64,000 nucleotides of DNA from an uncultured Thiomicrospira sp. (GCA_965195345.1 OZ239628.1:1280001-1344000); one strand, 5' to 3'. Shown: positions 42,702 to 54,193, numbered from the stretch's first letter. The notes: generated from the letters alone by a model not told the origin. Program-made: numbers and translations.

Positions 42702-44768
42702 TTATACACTCGGCTTTATATGTTCCCAGATGATGGGATAGATGAACTGATGAAGAAATGTGCGTCCTTCAGGGTTATCGGCTATGGCAGTTTGAGTGCT
42801 GATGTTTTGACAAAAATCAACCTGATTTTGTAATGTACGCTTTTGTTGCTCAAGACGATGTAAGTATCCACGTTTTATGGGTGGGCGCTGCATCCATGAT
42901 TTCTTCTGTATTTCTCGAATTTCTCTATAGCACTTATCAATACTTTGTTCTATCTCATTAATACGACGATTAAAACGCTGATAGACTGTAGGAACGTACG
43001 CAGCTAATGCATGCAAATCGGATGATTTACTATGCCAAGCATTGGGAACGCACTGGCGACCGTACAATGTTTCCAAAAGTTCATGATTTTCGTCAGAATC
43101 TAATTGTTTACCTGAAACTTTTTCTCCAAATCGTTTGAAATCAGCAAGCACCAAATCCCACCAAATGAAGTCTGATCCTTTACCTTTCGGTGGCATTGCC
43201 AAAAATAAAGCAATGTGTTCTCTTTTAGCAAAGCGATAAATTAAATTTTCAGCTATGTGCTGAGCAGTTCGCCGCCCTATCGTATCAGCAATACAATCTG
43301 CCAATCGGGAAATAAAAGCATCAACTTCAGCAAGGAAATCATCCAAACTTTTCTTTGAGATACTGCTTGCGTGCCTGCCTCCACCAACCCTCCATAAGTT
43401 AGTGAACGGTTTATCACCAACAAAGACGCGAGAGGCTGACAAGTTAATCAGTTCATCTTTTGGTTGGCTTATCCGATCAGGATCATTGGCATTTCCGTAG
43501 CAGTAAACGAAACCAAAATGCCCTAATACTAAATTCGCAAAGTCAGGCGTAATGTTAAGATACATTTGTTCGAATGCAAGGCTTTCTGGATCGTTGCAGT
43601 TTCTGTTGGAACTGTAACTAAAGACTGCTTGGCGACAAACAATGTCTGCTGATGGTGTCACTAATGGGGGTTTTCCAGCATCTCTTCGCACGCGAGCAAC
43701 GTATTGTAAGTATGTATCAAGAAAAGCAATTTGTTCGTCGTGATTGGCTTCGGCATATTCTTTACTGAACTGAGTGCTCAGCATTTTAACAACCGATGGA
43801 ACCGCACCACCAGGAACACCTGCTAAGCAAAATCGCTCGCGTACATCTTGAGGAATTTGAGTATCAATGCGCGTTACATTTGCAAAATAACTATGAAGAT
43901 AATCTATGATTTTATTGAGTCCATCACGATTGAGCGTTTGAACGTTTTGAAGATCGACAAAGTCCATCATATCGTGGTGTGCTGTGCCACGAATTAAAGG
44001 AGGTAAGGCAAGTTCAATACCGTCTATATTACATGCCAATGCTGTTTCGATGGTTTTTAAGGATTGGCTCTCATAGGTAGAATGAATATGTAGAGTGATG
44101 GGATGATTAGGAAATGCTTGCTTAAGTCGAGTAATTAATTCTCTTGCGCGATCCGCACTAAGTTGTCCTGCCATATCTTTTATACATAAGGATTTAAAGC
44201 CCTTTTCAACCAGTTTACGCGCATAATTCAAATAATATTCAATCGTATAAATAGGTTCTTCGCCTGTTTTTAAATCACCGTCGGTGGTGTATGATAACGC
44301 CCCCTGCATATGAATATTGCTGTCAGCATCAAAGTTAAAAAAGTTTATATTTCTTATATCATTCAAAGCATCGAAAGTTCTGAAAACCTGAATGCCAGCT
44401 TGGGCATGTTGTCTGATTAGTTCTTCTTGTACACTGGGATCGACTGGATCAAATCCCATACCGTTGGGACCACGCATCAACACTTGCAATTGCAGCTTAC
44501 TATCTCTTTTATCCAAATTATCTATCTCGTCTTTCGATTTATGAATTAATCGAAAAGGATTCTGACCATTTAGAATCGCAATTTCCCAAAACCGTCCACC
44601 ACCAATCTCCATAGCAGGAATATTTGCTTCAATCGCAGCATCTGTCAACTCAATTAGCTTTGTACCACTTACAGCCCACTGATCATCAGCAAGTGTCGAC
44701 TGTTGAGAATCACGCAACAACCATAATATCTGCGTTTTATTCTCCGCTTGGGCTTTTTTTAAGTACAT
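42702..44768 (-). CDS. divergent pyruvate carboxyltransferase (OadA/PycB/transcarboxylase 5S-like) without a biotinyl domain
   Basis: LRDSQQS, LMRGPN, VFRTFDALND, CIKDMAG, LHIH, VPGG, PPLVTPS; no AMKM motif. Confidence 0.75.
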   Translation of the reverse strand: MYLKKAQAENKTQILWLLRDSQQSTLADDQWAVSGTKLIELTDAAIEANIPAMEIGGGRFWEIAILNGQNPFRLIHKSKDEIDNLDKRDSKLQLQVLMRGPNGMGFDPVDPSVQEELIRQHAQAGIQVFRTFDALNDIRNINFFNFDADSNIHMQGALSYTTDGDLKTGEEPIYTIEYYLNYARKLVEKGFKSLCIKDMAGQLSADRARELITRLKQAFPNHPITLHIHSTYESQSLKTIETALACNIDGIELALPPLIRGTAHHDMMDFVDLQNVQTLNRDGLNKIIDYLHSYFANVTRIDTQIPQDVRERFCLAGVPGGAVPSVVKMLSTQFSKEYAEANHDEQIAFLDTYLQYVARVRRDAGKPPLVTPSADIVCRQAVFSYSSNRNCNDPESLAFEQMYLNITPDFANLVLGHFGFVYCYGNANDPDRISQPKDELINLSASRVFVGDKPFTNLWRVGGGRHASSISKKSLDDFLAEVDAFISRLADCIADTIGRRTAQHIAENLIYRFAKREHIALFLAMPPKGKGSDFIWWDLVLADFKRFGEKVSGKQLDSDENHELLETLYGRQCVPNAWHSKSSDLHALAAYVPTVYQRFNRRINEIEQSIDKCYREIREIQKKSWMQRPPIKRGYLHRLEQQKRTLQNQVDFCQNISTQTAIADNPEGRTFLHQFIYPIIWEHIKPSV

Positions 44769-44878
44769 CTTTTATCTCTCGTTTAGACTCAGGGCGGGGT
44801 ATTATACTTTGATGCATCGCCTAATTGATGAAGGAGACTGCACGAGGTTTAATAAATTGTTGCTTTTTAACACTATGA

Positions 44879-45352
44879 TTACTTCCTACTATAAACTTCA
44901 AAGGTATAGTCATATCCATGGCGCGCATCAGCATTGTGCTTTTCATGTGTTTCAAGCACCCATTCATCTTTATTCCAATTTGGAAAATAAGCATCGCCGT
45001 CAATATTGATATCGACGTGCGTCAGATACAAATAATTTGCAATATCAATCGTAGCTTCATATATCTGAGCCCCTCCAATAATCATCACATCTTCCTCACT
45101 ATCAAGACAGGAGAAATTGTCAACACATTCAGTATTAAGAGGCAAATCCAGACTTTGACGGCTAAGCACCAAATTGCGGCGACCAGGCAACGGTTTAATT
45201 GGCAAAGAATCCCATGTTTTTCTGCCCATGAAAATCGTTTTTCCAAGTGTATGTTTTTTAAAAAATGCAAAATCGTTTGGCAAGTGCCATAACATTTGAT
45301 TGTCTTTACCGATAACACCGTTAGTACCTACAGCACAGATTAATGAAATCAT
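44879..45352 (-). CDS. folA: dihydrofolate reductase
   Basis: [36 protein letters not shown]. Confidence 0.96.
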   Translation of the reverse strand: MISLICAVGTNGVIGKDNQMLWHLPNDFAFFKKHTLGKTIFMGRKTWDSLPIKPLPGRRNLVLSRQSLDLPLNTECVDNFSCLDSEEDVMIIGGAQIYEATIDIANYLYLTHVDINIDGDAYFPNWNKDEWVLETHEKHNADARHGYDYTFEVYSRK

Positions 45353-46140
45353 ACAGCAATAGGAGCAGAAATATGCGGGTGCGCTTGATAGTTTTCCAGC
45401 CTAAAATCAGAAAAGCTAAAAGCATCAATGCTTTGAACACTAGGATTAAGAGTCAACGTTGATAACACCATTGGCTCTCTTTGTAACTGCACTTTTGCCT
45501 GATCTATATGGTTTTCGTATATGTGGACATCCCCTCCTGTCCATACAAAATCCCCTACTTGCAGACCACAAACTTGTGCAACCATCATCGTTAATAAAGC
45601 GTAGCTTGCAATGTTGAATGGAACGCCTAAAAAAGCATCCGCTGAACGTTGATAAAGTTGACAACTAAGCCGTCCATCGGCTACGTAAAATTGAAACAAA
45701 CAATGACAAGGTGTTAATGCCATTTTGTCAAGTTCTCCAACATTCCAAGCCGAGACGATCAATCGCCTTGAATCAGGATTATTTTTAATTTCATTGATGA
45801 TTTTAAGTAATTGATCGATTTCACCATCCGAACTTTTCCAACTGCGCCATTGGCTTCCATATATAGGTCCAAGATCACCCTGTTCATCCGCCCACTCATT
45901 CCAAATGCGCACGCCATTTTCTTGTAAGTACTTAATATTGGTATCACCTTTAATGAACCATAGCAATTCATACAAAATTGATTTAAAGTGCAATTTTTTT
46001 GTAGTTAATAGTGGAAATCCATTGTTAAGATTAAATCGCATTTGATAACCTAATACCGAACGCGTTCCAACGCCAGTACGATCGCTTTTATGGCACCCTT
46101 TTTTCAAAACATGATCAAGCAGCTGTAAATACTGATGCAT
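45349..46140 (-). CDS. thyA: thymidylate synthase
   Basis: Start at MHQYL (46140); DRTGVGT, PCH, YQRSAD, FNIASY. Confidence 0.97.
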   Translation of the reverse strand: MHQYLQLLDHVLKKGCHKSDRTGVGTRSVLGYQMRFNLNNGFPLLTTKKLHFKSILYELLWFIKGDTNIKYLQENGVRIWNEWADEQGDLGPIYGSQWRSWKSSDGEIDQLLKIINEIKNNPDSRRLIVSAWNVGELDKMALTPCHCLFQFYVADGRLSCQLYQRSADAFLGVPFNIASYALLTMMVAQVCGLQVGDFVWTGGDVHIYENHIDQAKVQLQREPMVLSTLTLNPSVQSIDAFSFSDFRLENYQAHPHISAPIAV

Positions 46141-46145
46141 TTTAA

Positions 46146-46952
46146 CTATTTTGCTGGAGCCTTTGAATAAGCCCAAATGATCAGTCCAATGCCTAAAAGC
46201 AACATCGGTAAAGACAGGAGGTGTCCCATTGTTAGCCAATCCCCTGTTAAGTAGCCAATATGTGCATCAGGAACTCGCCATATTTCGACGGTGGATCGAA
46301 ATACGGCATACCCAATGAGAAAAAGTCCTGTAATCACTTTTCTTCTAGGTTTAACATACCTTGCAATAATCCATAAAATAGCTAATAGCGCAACGCCTTC
46401 AAGAGCAAATTCAAGCAATTGAGTTGGGTATTTTTCTACATCTTTAGCAAGCGCAACATCGTAAACACGCATGCCCCAGAAAGAGCCTTCAGGAGCCTGT
46501 TTTCCCCAAAGCTCAGAGTTTATAAAATTGCCAATTCGACCTGCACCAAGCCCAGGTGGCACACACATCGCGACAAAATCAGTAACCGCAAACAAAGAGA
46601 TTTTATGTTTTTTTGCAAATAGAAAGAGTGATAAAGAAACACCAATCAAACCGCCATGGAAGGACATTCCACCTTGCCAAACTCGTAATAATGCTACAGG
46701 GTTTTCAATGTAGTAGTCTAAGTTGTAAAAAAGCATGTAGCCAATGCGTCCACCAACAATCATGCCAATGGCGATGTAAAACACCACATCATCAACCATG
46801 ACTTTGGTCCACGCATTATTTGGCCATTTACACTGTATTCGTCCAAGCCACCAACCTAAAAAACAGCCGACAACGTACATAAGTCCGTACCAATGCACGA
46901 CCACCGCTCCAAAGTCTAAGGCTACTGGATTTGGATACGGATATTCAAACAT
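46146..46952 (-). CDS. lgt: prolipoprotein diacylglyceryl transferase
   Basis: [34 protein letters not shown]. Confidence 0.96.
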   Translation of the reverse strand: MFEYPYPNPVALDFGAVVVHWYGLMYVVGCFLGWWLGRIQCKWPNNAWTKVMVDDVVFYIAIGMIVGGRIGYMLFYNLDYYIENPVALLRVWQGGMSFHGGLIGVSLSLFLFAKKHKISLFAVTDFVAMCVPPGLGAGRIGNFINSELWGKQAPEGSFWGMRVYDVALAKDVEKYPTQLLEFALEGVALLAILWIIARYVKPRRKVITGLFLIGYAVFRSTVEIWRVPDAHIGYLTGDWLTMGHLLSLPMLLLGIGLIIWAYSKAPAK

Positions 46953-46956
46953 TTTT

Positions 46957-49032
46957 TCAGGAGAGTAATGCCTTCATCGATAACCGAACACGTCCTTGCT
47001 TATCAACACTCAAAACCTTCACTTTTACAGTGTCTCCTTCCTTTAAGTACTCTTTAACATCGTGTACACGGTCATTGGCAATTTCAGAAATATGAACCAA
47101 CCCTTCTTTACTTGGTAATACCGATACGAAAGCACCAAAATCAACAATTTTAATAACGGTCCCTTCATACACTCTATTAACTTCAACTTCTTCAACCAGC
47201 TGCTCAACCCATTTTTTAGCTTTTTCTGCCGCTTCTCCATCGCTTGCAGCAATAGTAACTAACCCTTCATCATTGATTGAAACTTCTGTGCCCGTTTCTT
47301 CTTGGATATTACGAATGACAGAACCGCCCTTACCAATAACATCACCGATTTTATCAACTGGAACTTGAATGGTTGTCAAACGGGGAGCATACTGTGAGTA
47401 ATCATCACGCTTTGTTGATATGGTTTTTGCCATTTCATTCAATATGTGAATTCGCCCATCATTCGCTTGCGATAAAGCTTTCTCCATTATCTCGCGCGTA
47501 ATGCCTTCGATTTTTATGTCCATTTGCAAAGCGGTTACTCCATTAGCAGTTCCTGCAACTTTGAAATCCATATCGCCCAAATGATCTTCATCACCCAGTA
47601 TGTCTGAAAGCACTCGATAGTTGTCACCCTCTTTGATGAGCCCCATTGCGATCCCAGAGACAGGTGCTTTTATAGGCACACCTGCATCCATCAATGCCAT
47701 AGATGAGCCACATACCGAAGCCATTGAGCTGGAACCATTTGATTCGGTTATTTCAGATACCATGCGCAATACATAGGGAAAGTCTTCACTGTTTGGCAGT
47801 ACTGCCATGATCCCTCTTTTAGCAAGCATTCCGTGCCCAATTTCACGACGTGAAGTTACACCTGAACGCCCGCATTCTCCAACTGAGTAGGAAGGGAAGT
47901 TGTAGTGGAAAAGGCAATTGCTTTTGTACTCTCCTTCAATGTCATCAATGCGTTGAGAGTCACGCTCAGTACCCATTGTTACTGTTACGATGGATTGCGT
48001 TTCGCCACGAGTAAATAACGAGGAACCATGTGTTCTTGGTAGCACACCAACGCGTGTATTAATTGGTCTTACCGTAACCAAATCACGTCCATCAATACGA
48101 GGTTCATCATTGAGTATGCGCCCACGAACGATGCTTTTTTCCAATTTGTTTAGTAGCCCAGAAACTTCTTCAGCGTTTTCATCGCTGGCAATTTCGGCTA
48201 CCATCTGCTCTTTAACTGCGCGTACTGCAATCTGTCTTTGTTGCTTATCAGAAATATCATACGCTTTTGACAATTCACTTTCAGCAGCTTGTTTTACTTT
48301 CTCCACAAGGCTTGCATCCGATTCATCGAGCTGCCAATTCCATTTTTCTTTCCCTGCTTCTGCTACCAATTCATTGATGGCATTGATGGCAATTTGCATT
48401 TGTTCGTGTCCGTATGTAACCGCATCAAGCATCACTTGTTCTGATAGCTCGTCTGCTTGGGACTCAACCATCAAAACAGCATTTGCAGTACCAGCAACCG
48501 AAAGTTCAAGCTTCGATTCTTTCAATTGTTCGTGACTGGGGTTAAGTACTAATTGACTGTCCACATATCCAATTTTAACTGCACCAATTGGACCGTTAAA
48601 CGGCACACCTGATAAAGCAAGGGCTGCTGAAGTACCTAGCATAGCAGCTACTTCCGCGCCCATTGAAGGATCAAGAGACATAACTTGTGCCGTAACCTGC
48701 ACTTCATTTAGAAATCCTTTAGGAAATAACGGACGGATTGGACGATCTATCAAACGAGACGTTAAGATTTCTTTCTCAGTTGGACGCCCTTCGCGACGGA
48801 AGAAACTTCCTGGAATGCGGCCTGCCGCATAATGCTTCTCAATATAGTTGACTGTAAGCGGGAAAAAACTTTGTCCTTCTTTGGCACTATCGGAGGCAAC
48901 AACTGCGACTAATACATAAGTATCTCCAATCTTTACTTCTACCGATCCTGTTGCTTGTCTAGCAACTTCTCCAGTCCGCAATATCACTTCATGCGCTCCG
49001 TATTGAAAACGCTTCTCTACTATGTTACTCAT
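46957..49032 (-). CDS. pnp: polyribonucleotide nucleotidyltransferase
   Basis: [34 protein letters not shown] and S1 domains. Confidence 0.98.
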   Translation of the reverse strand: MSNIVEKRFQYGAHEVILRTGEVARQATGSVEVKIGDTYVLVAVVASDSAKEGQSFFPLTVNYIEKHYAAGRIPGSFFRREGRPTEKEILTSRLIDRPIRPLFPKGFLNEVQVTAQVMSLDPSMGAEVAAMLGTSAALALSGVPFNGPIGAVKIGYVDSQLVLNPSHEQLKESKLELSVAGTANAVLMVESQADELSEQVMLDAVTYGHEQMQIAINAINELVAEAGKEKWNWQLDESDASLVEKVKQAAESELSKAYDISDKQQRQIAVRAVKEQMVAEIASDENAEEVSGLLNKLEKSIVRGRILNDEPRIDGRDLVTVRPINTRVGVLPRTHGSSLFTRGETQSIVTVTMGTERDSQRIDDIEGEYKSNCLFHYNFPSYSVGECGRSGVTSRREIGHGMLAKRGIMAVLPNSEDFPYVLRMVSEITESNGSSSMASVCGSSMALMDAGVPIKAPVSGIAMGLIKEGDNYRVLSDILGDEDHLGDMDFKVAGTANGVTALQMDIKIEGITREIMEKALSQANDGRIHILNEMAKTISTKRDDYSQYAPRLTTIQVPVDKIGDVIGKGGSVIRNIQEETGTEVSINDEGLVTIAASDGEAAEKAKKWVEQLVEEVEVNRVYEGTVIKIVDFGAFVSVLPSKEGLVHISEIANDRVHDVKEYLKEGDTVKVKVLSVDKQGRVRLSMKALLS

Positions 49033-49142
49033 AAATTTCCTGTAATTCTCTGCAGATCATGCAGAATGATAAAAAATCGAGGCATGCCAAATTAAGATTC
49101 AACTGCTCTGTGCCAAAATGTCTAAAAATGCGAATAATAATG

Positions 49143-49412
49143 TTATTTACGCAAACCAAGACGACCTATCAATTCAAGATATCTGTGATGCGACTTGCTC
49201 TGTAAGTAGCGTAGCAGACGACGACGTTTGTTAACTTGGCGCAACAAACCTTGACGAGAATGATGATCTTTTTTATGGGTTTTAAAGTGCTCAGTTAAGT
49301 GTTTAATGCTAGCTGTTAGCAAAGCCACTTGTACTTCTGGGGATCCTGTATCGCCCTCGTGAACTGCATAATCAGTAATAATAGTACGTTTTGTATCGAC
49401 ATCAATTGACAT
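49143..49412 (-). CDS. rpsO: 30S ribosomal protein S15
   Basis: [27 protein letters not shown]. Confidence 0.98.
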   Translation of the reverse strand: MSIDVDTKRTIITDYAVHEGDTGSPEVQVALLTASIKHLTEHFKTHKKDHHSRQGLLRQVNKRRRLLRYLQSKSHHRYLELIGRLGLRK

Positions 49413-49625
49413 ATAACTCCTTGAAAGTTAGAACGATCTTAAAAATCTAAAAATTGTTATCACACCACGACCGTTTGCAGAGTGATAACTTACCATTGTA
49501 TCTTATCATCACTACGGTATGCTTTCTTGAATGCCAATTATCTCCATAATGTTAGAATAAAACATACAGCATCTCATTAACTGTTTCTGAGTGCTATCTA
49601 TTTCATTAAACCTGAGGATATTGCA

Positions 49626-50063
49626 ATGCTTAAAGTTCAAACGGGAGGATGTTTGTGCAAGGAAGTGCGTTTCAAAGTTAATGGCCCTTTGCGTGGTGTG
49701 GTGAATTGCCACTGCAGCATGTGCCGTAAGCTAATGGGTTGCTATGGTGCGCATACTAAAGCACGTAACGAGCATATTGAAATAACCAAGTCTGATGGAC
49801 TTAAATGGTATTCGTGTGATGACGGAATTGCATTGCGTGGTTTTTGTAGTCAGTGTGGCTCAACAATTTTTTGGAAACCAGAAAACCAAGAAGCTACTGG
49901 CATTGTTGCTGGCTGCATGGATAATATTGATCACCTTGAAACCATTGGTCATATTTTTGTAGCAGATAAAGCGCAATTCTATGAAATTGCCGATAATTTA
50001 CCACAATTCTCTGGTTCATCCAATGGGCAATTACCCGACGATACGTTAAAAAAATCTGAATAA
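49626..50063 (+). CDS. GFA/CENP-V family zinc protein
   Basis: GGCLC, CHCSMCRK, RGFCSQCGS. Confidence 0.88.
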   Translation: MLKVQTGGCLCKEVRFKVNGPLRGVVNCHCSMCRKLMGCYGAHTKARNEHIEITKSDGLKWYSCDDGIALRGFCSQCGSTIFWKPENQEATGIVAGCMDNIDHLETIGHIFVADKAQFYEIADNLPQFSGSSNGQLPDDTLKKSE

Positions 50064-50106
50064 TATTGAATTTTAAACGACATTGTTCTACTTAAATCCA
50101 TTCAAT

Positions 50107-50847
50107 CTAAAACGAATCTTTAGTAAAATTTGATTGTAAGTTCGTAAGCTCTTCCGCCATTGTGGCATCAAAACGTTGTGGAAGTTTTTTTTGCGTCGCC
50201 AATAAAGACTGATAACGCCTCCATTGAACAATTCTACGGTGATCCCCACTTAATAGCACAGATGGCACAGTCATTCCGTCAACGCTATCTGGACGTGTGT
50301 AGTGAGGACAATCAAGGCTTCCATCCACACCAAAAGAATCCTCCTCAGAAGACGCATCGTTCCCAAGCACTCCAGGAATTAAGCGCGCACAAGCATCTAT
50401 AATGCTCATAGCAGCCAATTCTCCCCCACTTAACACAAAAGGTCCAATACTAAGTTCTTCACAAACAAAAGCATCAATAACTCGCTGATCTATTCCTTCA
50501 TATCTTCCACAAAGCAAAGCAAAATGTGTGTTAGTACACATTTTTCGTGCCTTATTTTGATTAAATTGCTTACCTTGAGGGGATAAATAATAAATCGGTA
50601 TTTTAGGATTATTTTTCTTTAAAGCTCGTATGCAATTTGCTAATGGTTCATACATCATCACCATTCCAGGACCACCACCAAAAGGGCGATCATCAACTCG
50701 TTTCCATTTATCATCAACAAAATCACGAGGATTCCAAAATCCAAATTCCACTAAACCCCGTTTATGGGCTCGTGCAACAATTCCTTCTTCACGTAAAGCA
50801 TCAAAGATAGATGGGAATAATGTGATTATTTCGACTTTCACAACCAA
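50107..50847 (-). CDS. trmD: tRNA (guanine37-N1)-methyltransferase
   Basis: VDDRPFGGGPGM, LSPQG, CGRYEGIDQR, VLSGGE. Confidence 0.97.
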   Translation of the reverse strand: MVVKVEIITLFPSIFDALREEGIVARAHKRGLVEFGFWNPRDFVDDKWKRVDDRPFGGGPGMVMMYEPLANCIRALKKNNPKIPIYYLSPQGKQFNQNKARKMCTNTHFALLCGRYEGIDQRVIDAFVCEELSIGPFVLSGGELAAMSIIDACARLIPGVLGNDASSEEDSFGVDGSLDCPHYTRPDSVDGMTVPSVLLSGDHRRIVQWRRYQSLLATQKKLPQRFDATMAEELTNLQSNFTKDSF

Positions 50848-51359
50848 TCTTTTTGCCAGTGAACTCGGATTGCATCGCCAATTTGGTACACTATTTCAGG
50901 ACGACGAAAAGGTATCAAATAACGATTTTTACCCTCAACCACAAGCACATCATTTGCGCCTGTTTCCATTAAATCAATAACTTTTCCCATAACGATTCCA
51001 TCACTGTTTATCACTTCTTTGCCTATTAATTCATGCCAATAATACTCCCCCTCTTGCAAAGGAGGAAGTTGATCATCATCTATATAAATAGTGCTTTTTT
51101 GATAATTGATGGATGCTTCTGGAGAATCTAATCCAGCTAATTTTGCCAAAATAGATTGACCACCTTTATGCTCTTTACCGTCTTCAAGTTTAAAAGACAA
51201 CAGAGTATTTTTGTGTTCAATTTTCCAATTCGAATATTGCAATATTCCAACACGTGGTTGCATATAAGAGTAAATCCGCAGCCAGCCTTTTACTCCGTAT
51301 GTTCCATTTATATGTCCTACTTGTATTGGCAAAATTATTTGATTGGTTTTGCTACGCAA
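50838..51359 (-). CDS. rimM: ribosome maturation factor RimM (start uncertain)
   Basis: VGHINGTYGVKGW, EGEYYWHELIG, ETGANDV, LIPF. Confidence 0.93.
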   Translation of the reverse strand: MRSKTNQIILPIQVGHINGTYGVKGWLRIYSYMQPRVGILQYSNWKIEHKNTLLSFKLEDGKEHKGGQSILAKLAGLDSPEASINYQKSTIYIDDDQLPPLQEGEYYWHELIGKEVINSDGIVMGKVIDLMETGANDVLVVEGKNRYLIPFRRPEIVYQIGDAIRVHWQKDWL

Positions 51360-52263
51360 CCTTTGAATGAATGAAATTGATGGGAACGTCGGATTCGTTG
51401 TCAAACTCAACAACTGTCCATCTCTCGGATAATTCGTTGAGCGCGCGCAACAATTTGTTATTCAAAGCATGCCCCGATTTGTGCGCAGTGTAACTGCCAA
51501 TTATGTAATATCCAAAAACATATAAATCACCAACGGCATCAAGTACTTTATGCTTAACAGGCTCTTCATCAATACGAAAGCCTCCTTCATTTATTGGTCC
51601 ATTGTCACCTAAAACGATTGCATTGTTAACACTGCCGCCCAGCGCCATGTTATTGTTCTGCAACATCTCAACATCTTTTAAAAAACCAAAAGTACGCGCA
51701 CGCGCTACTTCTTTTAAAAAGGAGGTATTCGAAAAATCCACAGTGGAAAAATTAGACTCATTATTGAATGCAGGATGTTCAAAATCAACGGTGAAAGTCA
51801 GCTTAAATCCTTCATAAGGTTCGAGACGAGCCCAACCGCCTTTTTCATCATGTACTTCAATCGTATCAAGTATGCGTAAGAATTGTTTAGGAACATCTTG
51901 CTCTTGCAGCCCAGCCGACTGTAATACAAATATAAATTCGGAAGCAGAACCGTCAAGAATGGGGACTTCAAACGAGTTAATATCGATGAATATATTATCG
52001 ATGCCTAAACCATACAAGGAAGACATTAAGTGTTCTATTGTTGTAACCTTTACATTGCCCTTAACTAAACTCGTACAAAGCATAGTTTCTTTAACTAAAT
52101 CGGTTGACACTTTAAATTCAACCACTGGATCCAAATCAATTCGTCTGAACACAATACCCGTGTTAATCGGAGCGGGGTTTAAAGTGATTGTAACGGGCAA
52201 TCCATTATGCAGTCCCACGCCTGAAACACTGATTACATATTTGATTGTTGCTTGATTTTTCAT
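51352..52263 (-). CDS. lpxC: UDP-3-O-acyl-N-acetylglucosamine deacetylase
   Basis: GVGLH, TIEHLMS, ARARTFGF, HKVLDAVGDL, SGHALN. Confidence 0.97.
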   Translation of the reverse strand: MKNQATIKYVISVSGVGLHNGLPVTITLNPAPINTGIVFRRIDLDPVVEFKVSTDLVKETMLCTSLVKGNVKVTTIEHLMSSLYGLGIDNIFIDINSFEVPILDGSASEFIFVLQSAGLQEQDVPKQFLRILDTIEVHDEKGGWARLEPYEGFKLTFTVDFEHPAFNNESNFSTVDFSNTSFLKEVARARTFGFLKDVEMLQNNNMALGGSVNNAIVLGDNGPINEGGFRIDEEPVKHKVLDAVGDLYVFGYYIIGSYTAHKSGHALNNKLLRALNELSERWTVVEFDNESDVPINFIHSKVA

Positions 52264-52278
52264 GTATTTTCCTAGAAA

Positions 52279-53511
52279 TTAAAAGTGTTTCCCAATCCAG
52301 CCTGTCATTTTTTTCACGACATTAGAACGTTCATTTTGCTTTTCAATGCTGGAACTTTTATCATTACTGCTCACATACTTCAATAAACCTATAGAAGTTG
52401 CAAATTGTGGGTCAAAGACTTCATTAACCAACGACTTCACTCCATGAGGTTCACCTACACGTGCAGGCATTTCCATAACCTCTTCCACTAATTCTACTAA
52501 TCCAAATACTTTAGAAGCGCCACCAGTCAAAACTATTCCAGCACGCAACATATCATAATAACCGGTATTTATTAAATGCTCTCTAACAGATTTCAATAAT
52601 TCAGCATAACGTGCTTCCACGGCAGGTGCCAAGGTTGCAATGGTCATTTCACGAGGCGCTCGCCCTCCTACACTTGGCACTTCGACAATTTCTTCTGCAG
52701 AAGCTAACTCTGACCAAGCACATGCATGATTCAGTTTGATTTTTTCTGCATCATAGTGTGGTGTTCTAAGTAGCATGGCGATATCACGAGTTACTTGTTG
52801 TCCTGCGATCGGTATTGTTGATATATGGCGAATTGCACCATCAAAGAAAACCACCAAATCGGTCGTCCCAGCACCTATATCAATTAAACATATACCAAGT
52901 TCACGTTCATCTTCTGTAAGAACCGCTTTACTTGCTGCTAAAGACTCCAGTACCACGCTATTTACTCTGAGTTGACATTGACGCACACATTTCATTAAAT
53001 TTTGTATAGCACTAGTGGCACAAGTAATCATATGCACTTTTGCTTCTAAGCGTACACCTGCCATACCGACAGGCTCAAGAACACCTGATTGGCTATCAAT
53101 CATAAATTCTTGCGGCAATACATGTAATACATGTTGATCTGCTGTCAAAGCGACTGTGCTGGCACTGTCAAGAACCCTTTGCACATCTTCTTTGCTCACT
53201 TCTTTGTGGGATATAGCAACCATACCTGTGGTATCTCGTGATGCTATATGCGTTCCGGCTATATTAACAACAACTTCTTCAATTTTACAGCCCGCTATTA
53301 ATTCAACCTGTCCTATAACTTCCTTAATGGCATGGACAGTGCTTTCAATATTTACCACCACGCCTTGTTTAATGCCGTGGGATGGGTGACTTGCTTGAGC
53401 AATTATTTCAAAAGTTTTATCAGCGTGTCTTTCAGCAACAACCACCAAAACTCTTGAAGTTCCAACATCCAAGCTTGTAACCAGTTCTCTTTGCAACTTA
53501 TCTTGCGCCAC
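52279..53511 (-). CDS. ftsA: cell division protein FtsA
   Basis: LDVGTS, DIGAGTTD, AEKIK, VLTGG. Confidence 0.96.
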   Translation of the reverse strand: MAQDKLQRELVTSLDVGTSRVLVVVAERHADKTFEIIAQASHPSHGIKQGVVVNIESTVHAIKEVIGQVELIAGCKIEEVVVNIAGTHIASRDTTGMVAISHKEVSKEDVQRVLDSASTVALTADQHVLHVLPQEFMIDSQSGVLEPVGMAGVRLEAKVHMITCATSAIQNLMKCVRQCQLRVNSVVLESLAASKAVLTEDERELGICLIDIGAGTTDLVVFFDGAIRHISTIPIAGQQVTRDIAMLLRTPHYDAEKIKLNHACAWSELASAEEIVEVPSVGGRAPREMTIATLAPAVEARYAELLKSVREHLINTGYYDMLRAGIVLTGGASKVFGLVELVEEVMEMPARVGEPHGVKSLVNEVFDPQFATSIGLLKYVSSNDKSSSIEKQNERSNVVKKMTGWIGKHF

Positions 53512-53512
53512 T

Positions 53513-54193
53513 TTAACTCCGTTTTATATTGCTTATACTGAAGCCATTATTGTAACGTAAATCTATGCGCTTTATACTCTTCCCATCATAATCAGGATTC
53601 AATTTAATAAAAATCATTATTTCATTGATTTTTTTGAGTATATCCTTCTCATCAAATACAATTTGACTGCCACTTTTCAATGTAAACTCAATAGTTTTCC
53701 AAGGAGTTATTTTAAGCGACTCTAGTTCAATATTATTCTTATCAAACGCTTCTTTCGCCTGATAAAGAATAGGAAGCAATAAATTTAAAGACTGAGTACT
53801 ACTTTCTACCTTTGGCAAATGCGCCCATTCGCTCAATTCTTCATTATTGGGAATAAACCACTGCCCTGTTTTTGAAATCAAATAATTTCCTTTCCAACGC
53901 AGTATCGGTTCGTGCTCTTGCAAAGTAATTAAAACACTTTTTGGCCACCTTTTATTAACTGTTACTTCTCGCACCCACGCAAGCTCACTTAACTCATCAC
54001 TCAATGCTTCTTCATCAAGCAACCACCAACTCTTATTATCTATTTCTTTAAGTTGCATGCGCAACGTCTTAAGATCAACGTGTGGATGGTACCCTGTAAC
54101 TTCTACACGTTCTATTTTTTCCAACATAACTCCACCGATGACTACAGCAATAAGTAGCAATGAAACCCCAGCTATTATCCGAATTAATTGCAT
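53513..54193 (-). CDS. ftsQ: cell division protein FtsQ
   Basis: N-terminal TM, POTRA-like WVREVTVNKRWP, IDLRYNNGF; between ddl and ftsA. Confidence 0.88.
   Translation of the reverse strand: MQLIRIIAGVSLLLIAVVIGGVMLEKIERVEVTGYHPHVDLKTLRMQLKEIDNKSWWLLDEEALSDELSELAWVREVTVNKRWPKSVLITLQEHEPILRWKGNYLISKTGQWFIPNNEELSEWAHLPKVESSTQSLNLLLPILYQAKEAFDKNNIELESLKITPWKTIEFTLKSGSQIVFDEKDILKKINEIMIFIKLNPDYDGKSIKRIDLRYNNGFSISNIKRS

Noticed and set aside
46141-46239. N-terminal extension of ThyA in the ORF track (also MurG 57745-57798 and RimM 51360-51413)
   Set aside because: Overlaps the upstream gene; downstream starts match the family N-termini.
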